64,000 bases of DNA from an uncultured Actinomycetota bacterium (lineage in GTDB: Bacteria > Actinomycetota > Actinomycetes > JAFAQI01), in assembly GCA_963770565.1 (NCBI GenBank), contig CAVYQE010000001.1, forward strand, positions 288,001 to 352,000, read 5' to 3'. Below, in pieces: positions 45,896 through 54,453 of this stretch (its first letter is position 1; every line of letters starts with the position of its first letter). The notes beneath the pieces are model-generated. The model was not told where the DNA came from and ran no database searches. It saw only the letters and a program-made list of their open reading frames with translations. A program made the translations under genes and the position numbers.

Positions 45896-47159
45896 ATGAA
45901 CGAAACGCTCTTGGAATACTGCAACTCGCGGGGAGTGCCGATCCGTGTCGATCGCACGGCCGGCGTGATCCGCGGCGTGAAAATTCTCGGCCTCCGCTCG
46001 CGCAACGGCCGCGAGTATCTGCCCGAGGCGCTCGGCCGGGCCGCCGCCCTCTATGAAGGGGCCAAGGTCAATGTAAATCATCCCAAGGGGAGCCCCGCCG
46101 CCCCGCGCGATTATCAAGATCGGATCGGCACCGTGCGCGGCGTCGCCGCCCGAGCGGGCGAGGGCCTGTTCGGCGATCTCCATTTCAATCCCAAGCACGC
46201 CCTGGCCGAGCAGCTCATCTGGGACGCCGAGCATGCTCCCGAGAACGTCGGCTTCTCGCACAACGTGCAAGCCCGCACCGCGCGGCGCGACGATTTGCTC
46301 GTCGTCGAGGAGATCACCCGCGTCGAGAGCGTCGATCTGGTGGCTGATCCGGCGACGACCCGCGGGCTGTATGAAGCGGAAGGACAGGGGTCGGAGAACG
46401 TTGTGCCTCGGTCTCCCGACCATGACCAAGTTGTGTCTCGGTCTCCCGACCACGTTGTGTCTCGGTCTCCCGACCACGTTGTGTCTCGGTCTCCCGACCG
46501 TGACTATGTTGTGTCTCGGTCCAATGTTGTGTCTCGGTCTCCCGACCATGTTGTGTCTCGGTCTCCCGACCGTGACACCCGCGCGACCAATGTTGTGTCT
46601 CGGTCCAATGTTGTGTCTCGGTCTCCCGACCATGTTGTGTCTCGGTCTCCTGACCGTGACACCCGCGCGACCGAAGGTCCACTGCGCGCCGGAGACCTAC
46701 GGTCGGATTCTGTGGCACGGTCGGGAGACCGAGCCATAACCGGCGTGGCACGGTCGGGAGACCGAGCCACAACTGCGGCCGAAGGTTCGAACGAGGGGTC
46801 AGGGGTCGGGGGCCGGGGGTCGGAAGGGCAAGCGGAACTCGCCGAGTTGGCGGAGCTTCGCAGCCGGTTGCTGCGGCCTCGAAGCCGAACATGCGGCCGT
46901 GCTGTTGGAGCAATCCATTTCCGACGAGCTGCTGGCCGCCCAAGTCGCGCCGCCGCTGGTCAGCGAACTCTTTCGCCAGCAGCTTCGCGCGGCGGGCAGT
47001 CCCGAAGCGCGCCGGCAGTTGATCGTCGAACGGTTGCAAATCGCCCGCGCGGCCGCCGCCGCCCGGCCGGCGAGCAAAGACCAGTATTTGGCCGAATCGA
47101 CCGCTCCGAGCCGATTGCCGACCGATCCCAAAAGCTTTGCCGATTCGATCACGGCCTGA
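45896..47159 (+). CDS. Prohead protease/scaffold protein with an in-frame repeat insertion, 3' indel
   Basis: SRNGREY, VNVNHP, VGFSH and SVDLVADPATTRGLYE; located between portal and capsid genes. Confidence 0.75.
46398..46775. repeat. Tandem gttgtgtctcggtctcccgacc units inside the CDS
   Basis: About nine 18-30-bp units encoding VVSRS(PDH/N), followed by inverted units. Confidence 0.85.
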
Positions 47160-47262
47160 TGGCGCCGCAGCGGAATTCGCAAGAATTCCGAGAGCCGACC
47201 ACAACGACCGCGTCTGAATTCTTGCGAATTCAGCTACGACCCCCAACCCAAGGAACTCCTCC

Positions 47263-47953
47263 ATGACCAAGCTCATCGACTTGCTCGATCAACTCAAGCA
47301 TCGCCGCACGTTCGGCTTTCTCGACGATTTCGATTGGTATCTCAGCCCGCACCGCTGGACCAGCGTGTTCAGTCATAGCGGCACGGTGACGATCGCCGAC
47401 GCCGCGGGCGGGATCGCGACGATCGCGGCCAGCGGCGGATCGGTCGCCGCGAACGACGAAAGCTACGTGCATACCAGCCACGCCGTGTTCGAATTCGCCG
47501 GCGACAAGCCGATCCTGTTCGAGGCGGCCGTGCAGTTCAGCGAGGCCAACGTCGATCAAGCGAATATCCTCGTCGGCCTGATGGACTCGGTAGCCGCCGG
47601 AATGCTGGCCGACGACAACGCCGGACCGAAAGCATCGTACAGCGGCATGGTCTTCTTCAAGGCCGGGGAAGCAACGTCTGGAGCTGCCAATCGTCGGTCG
47701 GCTCGGCGAAAACGACGACCGTCACCTCGACTCCTGCCGGCGGCGCCGCCTATCAAACGCTCACCGGCCAATGGCAGCCGATCAACGCGACTCAAGCCGA
47801 AGCGGCGTTCTTCATCGACGGGCTGCTCGTGGCCCGGCAACTCTTCACGTTCACCGGCGGCGTGGCGATGCAACTTTGCGTCGGCGTGAAAAACGGCAGC
47901 GCCACGCTCGAAACGTTGAACGTCGATTACTCGGCCGGCTATCAACTGCGATG
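47263..47953 (+). CDS. Hypothetical virion protein (possible head decoration), one indel
   Basis: Beta-rich sequence FLDDFD..W and FFIDG; between scaffold and capsid genes. Confidence 0.5.
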
Positions 47954-47967
47954 AATGGCAGTTGTCC

Positions 47968-48315
47968 TGTTGTGGCTCGGTCACTGTTGTGGCTCGGTCT
48001 CACTGTTGTGGCTCGGTCTCCCGACCGTGCCACATGCCGCGACCGCAGGTCTCCCATGCATTGCGAGCCGTGTGGTGATTCGGGAGACCTTCGGTCGGAT
48101 CCGTGGCATGGTCGGGAGACCATGCCACAACACAGTGGCTCGGTCACTGTTGTGGCTCGGTCTCACTGCTGTGTGGCTCGGTCTCCCGACCGAGCCACAT
48201 GCCGCGACCGCAGGTCTCCCTGCCTCGCGGGCCGTGTGGTGATTCAGGAGACCTTCGGTCGGATCCGTGGCATGGTCGGGAGACCATGCCACAACACGGG
48301 AGACCATGGCCACAA
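47968..48315. repeat. Duplicated palindromic repeat block (tgtggctcggtctcccgacc...ggtcgggagaccatgccaca)
   Basis: Two tandem ~165-bp copies visible. Confidence 0.8.
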
Positions 48316-48401
48316 CACCGGCGGACAAAGCACAACGGACAACGGACAACGGACAACTCTCGATTTCCAATCACTCTCAACCTATTCGGAGACGCTTGAT
48401 T

Positions 48402-49580
48402 ATGACCAAAGCCGTCAACTATCGCGAACTGAAACGCCTGTACGAAACGATGGGCTCCCAGCAGGTCTGCCGCCATTTGCGCGAGTCGCTCGGCGACGGG
48501 CATCTCCGCCCCGAGGATTTCTCGCTCCGCGATCTGGCCGAAGCGACGATCCCCGACGGCCGCGAGTTCGTCCGGCTGCTCGATCCGCGCTCGAAGGCCG
48601 GCGGGATCGATCTGCTCGAAGCGGCCGACGCCGTCGATACGGCCACGTTCAGCAATATCACCGGCCAGATCGTTTTCGCGAAGATCATGGAGGGCTTCTC
48701 GTCGGAGGCCTTCGTCGCCGGCCGAATGGTCGAGACGATTCCCACCCGCTTCAGCGGCGAGAAAATCCCCGGCATCGGCCCAATGGGCGACGCGGCCGAG
48801 GCGATCGACGAAGGGCGGCCCTACCCGCACGTCGGCCTCTCCGAGGATTACATCGAAACGCCCGCCACCACCAAGCGCGGCATGATCGTCCCCGTCACCA
48901 AGGAAGCGATCTTCTTCGATCGCACGCATCTCGTGCTCCAGCGGGCCGGCGAGGTCGGCGAGTTTCTCGGCCTCAACAAGGAGAAGCGGATTCTCGATTG
49001 CCTCATCGATGCCAACAGCACCGATCATCGCTACAAGTGGCGCGGGACGAGCTACGCGACCTATCAGACGTCCGACCCTTGGATCAACATCAAGGCGACC
49101 AATCCGCTGGTGGATTGGACCGACGTCGATGCGGCCGAGCAGCTTCTGGCCGACATCACCGATCCGAATACGGGCGAGCCGGTGCTGATCATGGCCGACA
49201 CGATCCTGGTGTGCCCCGAATTGCTGCACGCCGCGCGGCGGATCGTCGATGCCACCGAGATCGAACAGGTTGACAACCAGGCCGCCGCCAAGACGGTCCG
49301 CACTCTGGCCCCCAATCCGATGGCCGGCAGCTACCGCATCCTGTCGAGCCGGCTGCTGCGGTCGCGGCTCACGGCGGCCGGCCAGGCCACGAGCAATTGG
49401 TATCTCGGCAATTTCCGCAAGGCCTTCGCCTACATGGAGAATTGGCCGATCACCGTCACCCAGGCCCCGCAAAACAGCGAAGCCGAATTCACCCAAGACA
49501 TCATGATCCGCTTCAAGGCCAGCGAGCGCGGCGCGGCGGCCACGCTCGAACCCCGCTACGTCGTCAAGAACACGGCCTGA
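48402..49580 (+). CDS. Major capsid protein (HK97 fold, Mu gpT-like)
   Basis: 392 aa; IDEGRPYP..GLSE, TKRG.IV.VTKEAI.FDRT and RFKASERGAAATLEPRY; canonical position. Confidence 0.8.
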   Translation: MTKAVNYRELKRLYETMGSQQVCRHLRESLGDGHLRPEDFSLRDLAEATIPDGREFVRLLDPRSKAGGIDLLEAADAVDTATFSNITGQIVFAKIMEGFSSEAFVAGRMVETIPTRFSGEKIPGIGPMGDAAEAIDEGRPYPHVGLSEDYIETPATTKRGMIVPVTKEAIFFDRTHLVLQRAGEVGEFLGLNKEKRILDCLIDANSTDHRYKWRGTSYATYQTSDPWINIKATNPLVDWTDVDAAEQLLADITDPNTGEPVLIMADTILVCPELLHAARRIVDATEIEQVDNQAAAKTVRTLAPNPMAGSYRILSSRLLRSRLTAAGQATSNWYLGNFRKAFAYMENWPITVTQAPQNSEAEFTQDIMIRFKASERGAAATLEPRYVVKNTA

Positions 49581-49582
49581 GC

Positions 49583-49925
49583 ACTCATCATGCTCCGCCC
49601 TGTACTCATCACGCTCCGCGTGATGACACGTTCGCCGTGATGACCGTTCTGAATACTCATCACGACGGAGCGTGACGACGACGGTTCATCACGACGGAGC
49701 GTGATGACCACAATTGTACTCATCACGCTCCGCGTGATGATCGCTCCGCCGTGATGACCACGTCGTCATGCTCACGGCTCAGCCCGATTCGCACGCCAAG
49801 CTTCGTCACGACGGAGCGTGATGACGACGGTTCATCACGACGGAGCGTGATGAGTACATTAAATATTCATCACGACGGAGCGTGATGAGTACATTTGTAC
49901 TCATCACGCTCCGCGTGATGATCAC
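49583..49925. repeat. Cluster of tcatcacgctccgcgtgatga / cacgacggagcgtgatga palindromes
   Basis: About ten units; same family at 60105-60292. Confidence 0.8.
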
Positions 49926-49978
49926 GCTTACCGCTGCCCTCACAAATCTCCCGGAAAACCCAGAAACGCGGCTCAGCC

Positions 49979-50194
49979 ATGTTGACCGACTGCCAAACGA
50001 TTGCGGCCATCCGCAGCCAAGCCCTCGCGCAATTGCTCGATCTGCGGGCGAATCCCAAGCCGACTTACACGATCGACGGGCAAAGCGTCTCGTGGGAGAG
50101 CTACGCCCGGTCGCTGCAAGAAACGATCGATTGGTGCGACTTGAAGTCGATCGGATTGGCGCCGTTCGAAATCCGCTCGCGAGGAGTCACCTGA
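49979..50194 (+). CDS. Head completion / head-tail joining protein (gpW-like)
   Basis: PKPTYTIDGQSVSW; 71 aa directly after the capsid gene. Confidence 0.6.
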   Translation: MLTDCQTIAAIRSQALAQLLDLRANPKPTYTIDGQSVSWESYARSLQETIDWCDLKSIGLAPFEIRSRGVT

Positions 50195-50838
50195 TGGCCG
50201 CGGCATTCGACGTGCAAGCCGATTTCGCGCAAGTGGCCGACCAGCTCGAGGCGGTGACGCTCGAGCGGGCCGACGGCGCCGAGTCATCGCCGCTCGCCGG
50301 CGCGCTGCGGCGTGCGATCGGCACGCGCGAAGCGGCCGCGAGCGGCGGCAAGTACACGGCCGCGGATGTCCGCTGGCATCTCGCGGCCGCCGTGTTGGCC
50401 GCGGCGCCGCGGCTCGGCGATCGGATCATCGACGCCGCGGGTGAGGCTTGGACGATTTTGGAAACGCGGCTGGCCACTTGCGGTTCGCGCTACGAATGCG
50501 CGAGCCGCAATCTGGCGATCGCCGCCGGGCTCGACACTTCGATCACGATCCGCCGCGAGCAGATCGCGAAGAGCGCCAGCGGGGCCGTCGAACGCTGCTG
50601 GACGGATTATCGCATCAATGTCCGGGCGCGGATTCAAGAGCAATCGGCCCGCCGCGGCGAGCAGCACGGCCGCCAATCGGGAATCGTGACGGCCAAGATT
50701 TATTTGGCTGAGCAGATCGCGATCGACAACGGTTTTCGAATCGTAGCCGCCGACGGCACGCTCTATGAAGTGATCGGCTGCGCCAACCCCGACTCGATTA
50801 CCGGCCTATTCACAATCACCGCCGAACGTAGGTTGTAA
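50194..50838 (+). CDS. Head closure / head-tail adaptor protein
   Basis: Stop/start overlap; ITIRRE..KSASGA..W..VRARIQ and RIV..DG.LYEV. Confidence 0.55.
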   Translation: MAAAFDVQADFAQVADQLEAVTLERADGAESSPLAGALRRAIGTREAAASGGKYTAADVRWHLAAAVLAAAPRLGDRIIDAAGEAWTILETRLATCGSRYECASRNLAIAAGLDTSITIRREQIAKSASGAVERCWTDYRINVRARIQEQSARRGEQHGRQSGIVTAKIYLAEQIAIDNGFRIVAADGTLYEVIGCANPDSITGLFTITAERRL

Positions 50839-50982
50839 CGAACGCGAGGCAATGTCGCCTTTCGCTCCGCGAAAGTCGCGCTCTCTTTCGCGGGAGCGAA
50901 AGGCGACATCGAACTCCTCCCCGACCCCAATCCCTGCCCCCTCCTCCCCGACCCCCGACCCCCGACGCCCGACCCCTGCCCA

Positions 50983-51414
50983 GTGACCATCGAACGCGCA
51001 ATCCACGAGCATTGGAGCGGCTGGCGCCCGCTGACGGCGCTGGTGCCGCCCGAGCGGATATACACCGGCTTGCCGCCGATCTGCGACGCCGCGGGAGAAA
51101 CGCTGACGTTTCCCTACGTGTCGATCGCCGCCGAGCAACAGGACCGGCAGACGCGCACCTCGAGCGGCACAACATTGGCCGTCGAGCGGATCCGCTTTTC
51201 GATTTACGGCCAAAGTTACGACGCGGCGCGGCGGATCGACCGCGCGATTTGCGAGTATTTCGACCGCCGCGATTTCGCCTGGTCGGAGGGCCGAGTGCTC
51301 GACATGCAGCCCGCCGGCCGCACCGAGAGCGAAAGCCCCGACGACGGCGTGTGGCTCGTCGCCCGCGATTTTCTCGTTCGCTTTTCCGACACGTTTGGGA
51401 GCCAACTTCGATGA
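50983..51414 (+). CDS. Tail terminator/completion protein (DUF3168-like)
   Basis: LTALVPPERIY, FPYV and RFSIYGQSYDAA. Confidence 0.6.
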   Translation: MTIERAIHEHWSGWRPLTALVPPERIYTGLPPICDAAGETLTFPYVSIAAEQQDRQTRTSSGTTLAVERIRFSIYGQSYDAARRIDRAICEYFDRRDFAWSEGRVLDMQPAGRTESESPDDGVWLVARDFLVRFSDTFGSQLR

Positions 51415-51923
51415 CCACGCTTGCCAGTGAAATCCGCGTTTCGATGCAGTGGCTATTCCAGGAGCCGCTGGCCTTGACCACGGTCGGCGACGCTTCGCAA
51501 CTCGCTTACGACGAAACGCTCGCCAGCGGCACAGCGGCCGACCAGGCCGACCGCATCTGGTCGGACCAACGCACGCTGGCGGCCGGGGCGGATGACGACC
51601 TCGATCTGACGGCGCTTACGCAATCGCTGTTCGGCTCGACGGTGACGATCGACTTCGCCCGCGTGAAGGCGATCTTGATCGTTCACACCTCGACCACGGC
51701 CGGGGAAAAGCTGTCGCTCGACTCCTCGGTGACCAACGGTTTCACCGGCCCGTTCGCCGGCTCCGCCACGAGCAAGCTGGAGATCGGCGCCGATAGCGCC
51801 GCCCTGTTGGCCAGCAAGAAAGACGGCTGGGCCACGGCCTCGGGCAATAAAGTGCTGCGAATCCACAACGGCGGCTCGGCCACGGCGATTTACAACGTCG
51901 TCGTGCTCGGGACGAGCGCGTGA
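51411..51923 (+). CDS. Hypothetical virion protein
   Basis: ATGA overlap; DDLDLTAL..FG..IDFARVKAILI. Confidence 0.55.
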   Translation: MTTLASEIRVSMQWLFQEPLALTTVGDASQLAYDETLASGTAADQADRIWSDQRTLAAGADDDLDLTALTQSLFGSTVTIDFARVKAILIVHTSTTAGEKLSLDSSVTNGFTGPFAGSATSKLEIGADSAALLASKKDGWATASGNKVLRIHNGGSATAIYNVVVLGTSA

Positions 51924-52076
51924 AGCTGAAGGATGAAGGCTGAAGGCTGAAGGATGAAGGATGAACGCGGCGGTCCAATGCAATCGCGATGATTGCACTG
52001 CGCTGCACGGGCAACTGACGACTGACAACTGACAACTGACAACCGGCAACCGGCAACTGACAACCAACCGCCAATC

Positions 52077-52460
52077 ATGTCCCAACCTATCTCCGGCAAA
52101 AGTGGCTTCGTCAAGATCGGCGACGATGCGGTCGCCGAAGTGACGCGCTGGTCGTTCGCCAAACAGGCCCACTCGAGCCGGTATGCTTCGAGCAGTACGG
52201 GCGGATTTACGCGGAGCATTCCGGGAGTGAAATCGGGCAGCGGCGAAATCGAATTCGCGTTCGACATCGCCGCCGCCGGCCCGCTGGTCGAAGGCGCCGC
52301 CGTGACGCTCCAGCTCTACCTCGACGCGACCCACTTTTACTCCGTTCCCGCGATCGTCACCGGATTGGAAGTCGAAGTCGATATCGACAGCGGCGCGGTG
52401 ATCGCGGGCACAGCCCGCTTCGACACCGACGGCGCCTGGACGGAGCCGGACTTGGGATAG
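52077..52460 (+). CDS. Tail tube protein (short siphophage/GTA type)
   Basis: ISGKSG.VKI..AEVTRWSF, GGFTRSIPGVKSGSG and AIVT..VEVD; 127 aa. Confidence 0.7.
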   Translation: MSQPISGKSGFVKIGDDAVAEVTRWSFAKQAHSSRYASSSTGGFTRSIPGVKSGSGEIEFAFDIAAAGPLVEGAAVTLQLYLDATHFYSVPAIVTGLEVEVDIDSGAVIAGTARFDTDGAWTEPDLG

Positions 52461-52555
52461 GAGCAGGGAGCGGGTAGCAGGGAGTAGGGAGTAGGGGGGG
52501 AGCAGGGAGCGGGGAGCGAAGGGTCGGGAGCAACTTTTTCCGCAAGGCGATTTTC

Positions 52556-53269
52556 ATGGATAAGCATCATGCCATGGCCGGCGTCGGGGGGACGATCCGC
52601 ATCGGCGCGATCGACTTTCGCCTCCGGCCGCTGACGCTCGGTGATCTGGCCGAACTCAAGGCCCACGTCGTCGCCCGGCGCGAGCCCGCTCGAAACGCTC
52701 GCCCGCGATCTCGAGCGCATCGATCCGCGGCAACATGCCGAGCGGATTCGCGATGCTTGGGCGCTGCGCGGATCGGGCGCGGCGCGACGGCCGAAGAAAT
52801 CGACGATTATCTGCAATCGTTTCGCGGCACGGCGCATTTGTTCTGGCTCATGGCCCGCGAGGATTGCCCCGCGCTCGATTCGTTGGCGGCGGCCCGCTCG
52901 TGCCTGGCGGAATATGCCGAGGGCCGGCTGCTGGAACTTCACGGCCGTCTCGATCAAGCGACCGGTTTTCTTTCGGACACGGCCAATTTGGCCAACGCGC
53001 CGAGCGCCGGGACCGCCGGTTTTCATTGGGCGCGGCTCTATCGTCATTTGAGCCTGACCTATGGTTGGACCCCGGCCGAGATCAACCGCCTGACTCCGTT
53101 TCAAGCGACGATGTACGCGAATCCGCAACTCTCGGAAAACGGCACGATCCGCATGAAACTCAGCGATGCAGTCGGGGCCGGAGCGCGCCGTGCGCCGCGG
53201 CGGCCACGCGGCGAACCTTCCGACGCCGGCAATATCGGCCGCGGCAGCACCGGTGCGCGATTCAGATAG
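52556..53269 (+). CDS. Tail assembly chaperone-like protein
   Basis: FRLRPLTLGDL N-terminus and YGWTPAEINRLT C-terminus; follows the tube gene. Confidence 0.55.
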   Translation: MDKHHAMAGVGGTIRIGAIDFRLRPLTLGDLAELKAHVVARREPARNARPRSRAHRSAATCRADSRCLGAARIGRGATAEEIDDYLQSFRGTAHLFWLMAREDCPALDSLAAARSCLAEYAEGRLLELHGRLDQATGFLSDTANLANAPSAGTAGFHWARLYRHLSLTYGWTPAEINRLTPFQATMYANPQLSENGTIRMKLSDAVGAGARRAPRRPRGEPSDAGNIGRGSTGARFR

Positions 53270-53382
53270 CCTATTTCAGAGTGCGGGCCGAATCGGGGCT
53301 GCGCAAAACCCGCAGTGTCGATGCCATCTGCCGTTGGCGCTTTCCCTATTGTTTTTGTTTCGGCGGATTCATCCTGCGCCGC

Positions 53383-53510
53383 AGAAAGGGGTCGGGAGTC
53401 GATTTCGCCCGCTGAACGACCCGTAGTGCCGGCATCATGGCGAAATCGACTCCCGACCCCCTTTGGCAACGCCCGCCGGAAGATATGCCGGTTCTCAAAC
53501 AGGTTCCTAG
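53383..53510. mobile_element. MITE family copy (as 25043-25219), partial
   Basis: Internal IR plus right end gccggttctcaaacaggttcctag. Confidence 0.7.
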
Positions 53511-53564
53511 GCCGCCGGCTGGAAGCCACCGCTACGAGATCTCAACCCCCAACCCGTCGCGCAC

Positions 53565-54431
53565 ATGTCCATCGCCTTTCAAGAACTCGCCGGCTCGCCG
53601 CGATTGCGGATTCTCGAATCGGGGCTGATCGTCGGCGAGCGCGATTTTCAAGTCGCCTGGGACGATTGGGTTCCGCTCGTCAACGCGCTGCGAGGGCTTT
53701 ATTTCTCGGCCGGCTCGCAGGGGGCGGCGCTGATCAGCCCCGCTTATTTTCCCGGCAATCCGGCGCTGCGCGTCGTCGCGATCGCGATGACGCCATTCGA
53801 CGAGCAATCGCCCGACGGCGACGCGGCGCTGGCCGATCTCTCGACGGGGCTGAACAGCTATGCAGGGGGCGCGCGGCTGCATGTGGAATATGGCCTGGTC
53901 GAGGCGGCGGCCGACAAGCGCAAGCCGCCGCATCCGGCCGGCACGTTTCTGCGTTGGGAGCGCGACGTGGGGGTCGATATGCTCTCGATCCCCGCCCGCT
54001 ATTGGAAATGGTCCGGCGGCCCGAACACGATTCTCGAAGACGACTTGCCGATCGGAGTTCGGGTGCCGACGGCGACGCACACGCTCATTTGGAGCAACGT
54101 CGCCCGGCCCCCTTACGACACGATCCAAGCCACGCGCGGCACGGTCAATTCCTCTGCGATTCTCGGCGCGCCTGCCGGCTGCCTGCTGTTCGTCGGGGCG
54201 AAGATCACCGAGATCTATCAGCTCGACGGCACGCTTCGTTATACCTTGCGGTACATTTTCGCCGAGAAGACCGTCCCCTTGATCGCGGATCCCGACACCG
54301 TGGTCGGCCACAACTACTTTTATTACGGCCCCGGCTCGAGCGGCGAGAATTGGTTCGAGGTCGTCTCGGTCGCCGGCGGGCACGCGGTCTACCCGGCGAC
54401 CGAGTTCGGGCCGTTGTTTCAATACGAGTAA
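53565..54431 (+). CDS. Hypothetical tail-region protein
   Basis: Intact 288-aa ORF with host-like codon usage; GTVNS..GAPAGCLLFVGA. Confidence 0.6.
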   Translation: MSIAFQELAGSPRLRILESGLIVGERDFQVAWDDWVPLVNALRGLYFSAGSQGAALISPAYFPGNPALRVVAIAMTPFDEQSPDGDAALADLSTGLNSYAGGARLHVEYGLVEAAADKRKPPHPAGTFLRWERDVGVDMLSIPARYWKWSGGPNTILEDDLPIGVRVPTATHTLIWSNVARPPYDTIQATRGTVNSSAILGAPAGCLLFVGAKITEIYQLDGTLRYTLRYIFAEKTVPLIADPDTVVGHNYFYYGPGSSGENWFEVVSVAGGHAVYPATEFGPLFQYE

Positions 54432-54453
54432 GCCAGAGGCTCACCGGATGTCG

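Noticed and set aside
52670-52800. Programmed tail-chaperone frameshift
   Set aside because: Looks like a pair of compensating indels, with no clear slippery heptamer; cannot be separated from background error.
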